DNA of 64,000 nucleotides from Chrysomallon squamiferum (Eukaryota; Animalia; Mollusca). Positions 58,048 through 64,000 of this stretch are shown piece by piece (position 1 is the stretch's first letter; every line of letters starts with the position of its first letter). The DNA lies in assembly GCA_012295275.1 (NCBI GenBank), contig CM022668.1:15128001-15192000 (forward strand), read 5' to 3'. Made by a program: the position numbers and the translations under genes. A model generated the notes under the pieces. The model searched no databases, was not told the DNA's origin, and saw only the letters and a program-made list of their open reading frames with translations.

Positions 58048-58839
58048 AGACAAAAGATGTGGCACAATCTTACACATCAATGTCCGCCTCATCTCATCTG
58101 ATGAATTAATCGAGCTGGGACTTTTTCTTTCTGATTTATAGCACTTATCTGTTCGTCTGTCAGCAGTCCATGCAGAACAGGTAGCAGGTAAGAAAGAGAG
58201 CGAGAGAGAGACAGAGAGAGATGCCAAAATGAAGCCAAGAATAAGGTTGGCATTTGTTGTGAAAAGTATGGAAGCCGCAAGGCGCCATGTTGAATGGTTG
58301 TTTTTTTGTTCTTAGACAAATTATTCTTAAAGGGATTGGTAAAAATGTTTTGTGATTTAAAAAAAAAAAAAATAAAAAAAAAAAAAAAGTTTTTGATGTT
58401 TTCGGTTTCTATTCTGCGATTCCTAAAATGAATTTAAAAAAAAAACAAAAAAAAACAACAAAAAAAACCACTTACTTTTGCGGTGCTCATTTTTTTTAAT
58501 GTCGGAAAGCCTAAAATGAAGTTTTGCTGGCAACCTAGACTACAAATATATCTGGAAACTTGTTTTTGTTACAAATTCTGTTAAAATCAGAATAAACACC
58601 TTTGTTTTTGTCCCAATTTGAACACCATTTCTATTTTTTTATTATTTATTTTGAACGTCTATTTTTATATATTGTTGTTACAACATTTTGTTGTAGTAAA
58701 ACTGTAAAATTGTACAGACTACTGAAGACAGGAAGGTCAAAACTATTCTTTGTTAAAGACTGAATTTATCTAAAAGGTTTCCGCTAATACCTGAACCAAT
58801 CCATCCACATTAAATTTACGAATTCAACACACACAAAAA

Positions 58840-58948
58840 AAGCGTAAAATAATAAATAATATGACCCTGAAGGCCTTCCGTAGACTTGTCCAATCATTCA
58901 CGTTAGAACACCCATTGCCTGGAGAAATTCGCCAACGATTTACGAATC

Positions 58949-58990
<42 letters not shown>

Positions 58991-59092
58991 TAAGCGTGAA
59001 ATAATAAATATGATCCTGACGGCCTTCCGTAGACTTGTTCATCATTCACGTTAGAAGAACACCCATTGCCTGCAGAAATTGGGCAACGATTT
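58840..59092 (+). repeat. ~100-bp direct duplication separated by an A36 tract
   Basis: Both copies share ggccttccgtagacttgt..atcattcacgttagaa..cacccattgcctg.agaaatt.g.caacgattt; poly-A at 58953-58988. Confidence 0.93.
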
Positions 59093-59790
59093 TATCATCA
59101 AATACGATCAACGTCCGACATATTGTTGAAGGTGGCACGCGGGTAATTGTTTCAGCAGACGCGCAGTTTTGTGAGACGAACTGAAAGGAAACGCGAGTTT
59201 GTTCAACGACACTTCTCTGTTCCAGGCTAATCGGCGGCTTTTCGGGGCAAGGAAGAAAACAGCAACTGTTGTTAGTATGTAACAAATAGCATGTGCAGCA
59301 TTTTGATAAATAAAATAATAATAATAAATAATTTAAAAAGTAAATAATAATAATAACAAAATAATACTAATTAAAAAATTTTTTTTTTTTTTTTTTTTTT
59401 AACAAAAAAAAAAAAAAAAAAATAAAAAATAAAAAATAATAAAAAAGTAAAATTAAAAAAATAAAAGGAAAGAGAAAATAAACGCCTGAAATTATTCCTC
59501 TGTGTTACATAATCATCGATATTTACCTGCCTTGATTTTTTTTAACACAAGGTCGATTAAACAGGTTTTTGCTCAGTGGTTAAAACGCATGACGGTTGCA
59601 AGGACTTTTTCTCATTTGATCTAATTCCCAGTTGGTCCAACCCCTTAAAAAACAACAGACATGATTCCATGGTCTTACTTATCTGCATATTGTTACCTCA
59701 GCTATTACAATGAACTGTTCCAGAATGTCTGGAACCCGACAGTTGTTGTCTTTTATAATTAAATAAACCTCCACCTAAAAATGTTTATTG

Positions 59791-59823
<33 letters not shown>

Positions 59824-60327
59824 TGTTTTGTTGCCTATTAAGAACATTCAGTTGCATCATAAAGGTAGCTCTGACATACAACAAAGACACTTGACAAAAT
59901 AAATGAAACAAAGATAATATTAAGAACATGTTATCAAAAAAAAAGAGGATACTGTACACAGAAAGTTAATAATAATAATAATAATAACAATCGCAATAAT
60001 TGTAATAATAATGATAGTAACATCAATAATAATATAATTGTAATAATGATAATAATAATAATAACAAGAATAATAATAATAATAGTAACTGATTTCTATT
60101 AATCCTGCATAAATACAAATGAGAGAGAGAGAGAGAGAGAGTGTTTCAGAGAGACAGAGAGAGAGACGGACACGGAATGAACGACTGCGAAGAACTACAA
60201 ACAGACGACTGGCACACCTGGACGGACGATAGCGACTGAACGAATGAATGACGGACGGACAGACAGACAAACTAACTGACAGTCGGAACGTACAAACAAC
60301 ACACTGCACTTCTCTCCGACCGCTCAC

Positions 60328-60373
60328 CTCGAGACACGTACAAACAGGAGAATGCTTCGAATACGTCCGTCAT
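60328..60373 (-). CDS. Candidate short coding exon MTDVFEAFSCLYVSR (exon 60328-60381, 54 nt, phase-1 end)
   Basis: Minus strand cgcttgctccag|gttgaagaATGACGGAC...TCTCGAG|gtgagc. Strong donor, moderate acceptor, A at -3. Confidence 0.3.
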
Positions 60374-60911
60374 TCTTCAACCTGGAGCAAGCGTTTATCT
60401 TAAAACAGTTTTGCAATAGCTCCTGACGGCTTTACGCTAACGTGCAGTTAATTACATGGTAATTGGACCAAAGATCGAGCGCAACAATTCGAAGGAGAAA
60501 AGCCAATAGAAAAATAAACACGGGAAAACATTTCCGCGTTCCCTTTACGCGTGCTGACTTCATCAGGCAGTGAGCAACCTGAAAAAAAAAAAATAATAAA
60601 AAAAAAAAAAAAAAAAGCAGCGTTCGAGTCTTAGGTTGCAGTTTCGATTGTGAGAAGAAATAGCAGGTGCATGTGCATGTTCATGCCTTGAACGCGGTGG
60701 ATTTATTAAGAGTTTGTTAGCGAAAGAATACTTTTATTTTTTGTTTTTTGTTCGTTCTGTATGCGAGCAAAACTGAATAGAAGGCGCTGTTATTAAAACT
60801 GCTAGTATTAACTATTACTTCTACATCTTTGTAAAATTGCATGTATGTTTGTATGTATTGGTCTCTATTTCTTAATATCTGTCCCATAATATTTTCTCTC
60901 TGTTTCTATAT

Positions 60912-61074
<163 letters not shown>

Positions 61075-64000
61075 CCCCCACCCTCTCTCTATCTTTTTCA
61101 CCTTCCTTCCTACATCTTATAATATATCTCTCTAAAAATAACATCACACAATAATAAAAAACACCTGTAACCAACTCAAGATTAAATATTTGTTTTCTCC
61201 AGCACGTCTAATCATTATTTCCAGCAACCATATACCATCACGTTAGCACGGCAAAATACAGGAACCAAAAATTAAGTGATGAACTCCATTATACAACGAA
61301 AACGACCGTGAGTTAATGTGAAACAGAAAGACCCATGTTGAAGATCGTTTTACATTTCGTTGAGTGCGACATTAATTAGTTCACACTGTAACAGACACCA
61401 ATGCTAAACAGACGTAAGTACGTATGTAATTTCTTGTGTGTGTGTGTTTAAGGAGAACAAGCACACAGAGAAAAAAGGATTAGGGAAATGTGTTAGAAGT
61501 TACAAGAAGTGAAATGTCACAGAGTAGTCTACGATACGATGCCAAATATACAATAGAAAGTAAACTGAAATGCATATACAGGATAGATATAAGAGGTTAC
61601 TAAAGTGTTTATATATATATATATATATATAAGGTATCTAAATACACAGATATTTGTGCATACAGACTCATAAATATATATAAGCATTCGTGAACATACA
61701 CGTACGTAAATTCATATATACATACGTGCTTTCACTCAATAATACGTATGTGCATATATGCATAAATAGATATACTAACGTACATACAAAAGAGTTTATA
61801 TTCATACACGCATACGTACATACATATATACATACATTCGTACACAAACATACATACAAATAATATACATACATACGTACATATACACATACGCACATTC
61901 ACACAAATATATACACATACATATACACAAACAGACAGACTTCTCTAAAATTAAATCCATTGTTAATATTGTAAATGTCGCCACACCTATGTTTGATACA
62001 GAATCATCTACACAAAGACGCAAACATCAAATCTGTTTGAAAGACAGTAGCAAGAATTCAGACAGAAAAAAAAAGAAAGACTCAACAACACAATAGGTCT
62101 TTTTTTTTAACTTGCTATTCTCTTTAAGTATATTTTCTCTGACCTTTGCTGCCTGACCCCAGGGTGTTTATACCTTCAGTATGTTGTACCCTAACGATGC
62201 AAGAAAACAGCCAAAAAGCAGATACCAATACAATGACGTAAACGAAGACACTGCTCCGCCATTACAGGTAATTAGCTTCAAGCTGGTCGATTGATTACAT
62301 GTAAGATAAAGAAGAAAAAAGAAAAGAGAAAAAAAATGTTTACCGTATTTAAGGTCGTAGAAGTCGGTTCATTTATTTCCACGCTGTTGGTTACTTGGAA
62401 GTTTTGTTTTTCCTATTTTCTTTCATTAAAAATAGATTTTATTTTGTTATTTTTATTTATTTTTTTATTTATTTCTAGAGATGAATATGCAGTATAAAAC
62501 CAGTTAGCCATCTTGTTTATCTGTTTGTCTATTATCACTCCCCCATGCCCATTACTCCTCTCCTCTCTGTGTTTTTGTGTGTGTGAGATCAGGTTTTCCT
62601 ATGTTTATTTAGTTATTTATTTCTTCTTCTTCTTCTTCGTATTATTATTATTATTAAATATTCTAAACTGATATTTAACCAAAAAAAAAATAATAATAAT
62701 AAAACAGTCCTATTAGGCATAAAATACTTAGATATGTCAGTGTGTGTTTTAAGCAAAGATAGTAATACCATAACTTTGTAACACAACTGCAGGTTTTCCA
62801 TTAACAGTTTATCCAATATCACACACACCTGACAGGCAGATAGTCACAAATAGACTGAGAAAAAGGAAAAGAGAGACAGACAGACACACACAGACAGGGG
62901 CATTTCAGAAGGAGTAACGGAGAGATACACATAATAAATAACGGCATGTATTGCTCTTTGTAATGTGATATGACATATATTAATATCTGATTTTTTTTTT
63001 TACTAATGTAATGAAATATGATATATGTGGTGTGTATATATATATATATATAAATATGATACGACAAGACATATGATGCACTATATTAAGTATTTCCGTC
63101 TTTATCTCAAGCCACATAGACGCATTAAGTCTTCACTTTTTTATCATATTCAACCATGATCTCTGTCATTTACATTTTACATTTCATATTTATCATGTAA
63201 AATATATATATATATATATTTTAGCTGTATTTCAAATCAGATAATTTTCATCTATTTAGAGATCCACGGCATATTTTTGAAATCTGACAGTATCGTTACA
63301 GTTTCAAGAAAAGAAGAAACGGAGGAAAAAAAAAATGGAAGAAGAAGAAAAAAAAAAAAAAAACCCAACAAATTGCTGAAATACATTTGCTATAATCAGT
63401 AATGTACAAAACGATACCGATATGTTTTGAGTATGAAAATCAACTGGCAGATGAAAACATTTATCAAAAAAGAAAGAAAGAAAGAAAGAAAAAAAAAAAA
63501 AAAAAAGTAAAAAGAAAATGTTATGTAAAACAACAACAATAATTGGCAAGCGCGTTACTCATCCAGATTTCTAGAAGTTTGAAATGCATGCGCAACTGTC
63601 AATTGCGTTTCTGTTTCGTGTTTGCATTTGTGAATGAAAATACAAGTAAAATACTTCTAAAACATATTCCGCACGTCCATATCACACGGAAATAGAAAGT
63701 CTTTAGAATTAACTAACTGCTGTATATGTATTTATCTCTGTTTTAATGAACAGTATGTCTGTGTGTTTTCAGAGAACGCCAAATGATATCTGTATTTGTG
63801 ATGGAAATGTTTTGCCGTGCTTTCAAAACTCTAAATAATTTCGTCTGTATTGGCACGTACACTGAAAATCGCAATACCTGAAATAACTAATAAAATAACA
63901 CAACCAGGCTCCGCTGTTACATACAATGCAATATTAAGATATGCTGTGAAACAATTATTAACAGAACTTTTTTATTTTCAAGTTCAGAATAGATGAAAAT

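Noticed and set aside
59569-59645. tRNA or tRNA-derived SINE head (GCTCAGTGGTTAAAACGC)
   Set aside because: Only an A-box-like word; no GTTCRA B-box, acceptor stem or cloverleaf.
60530-60575. miR-745/miR-22-like 13-mer CTGCCTGATGAAG and hammerhead-like CTGATGA on the minus strand
   Set aside because: The match does not extend to the miRNA 5' end and no precursor hairpin is seen; no stem II closed by GAAA for a hammerhead.

Overview
AT-rich eukaryotic DNA saturated with microsatellites, most likely from an invertebrate animal, since CpG is clearly retained in the unique stretches. The species cannot be assigned from sequence alone. No long protein-coding ORF, rRNA, intact tRNA, CRISPR array or autonomous transposon is visible, and most ORFs in the supplied track are translations of simple repeats. 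The window reads as a large intronic or 5'-regulatory region of short unique islands between repeat tracts. Well supported: a 729-bp TA-flanked Tc1/mariner-superfamily (pogo/Tigger-like) MITE (19800-20528), young minisatellites of 10, ~38 and 28 bp, several old degenerate tandem arrays and local duplications. Inferred by eye and needing RNA-seq: a series of short minus-strand exons with good splice signals (60328-60381, 41995-42070, 37947-38079, a donor at 13528, 12752-12787). Several carry their own ATG, including an MGC-starting Cys-rich N-terminus, suggesting one large gene with alternative promoters and N-termini. They sit among many CACGTG E-boxes, CRE, D-box, X-box and CArG/MEF2 motifs. 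All counts were made by eye and no database searches were run.
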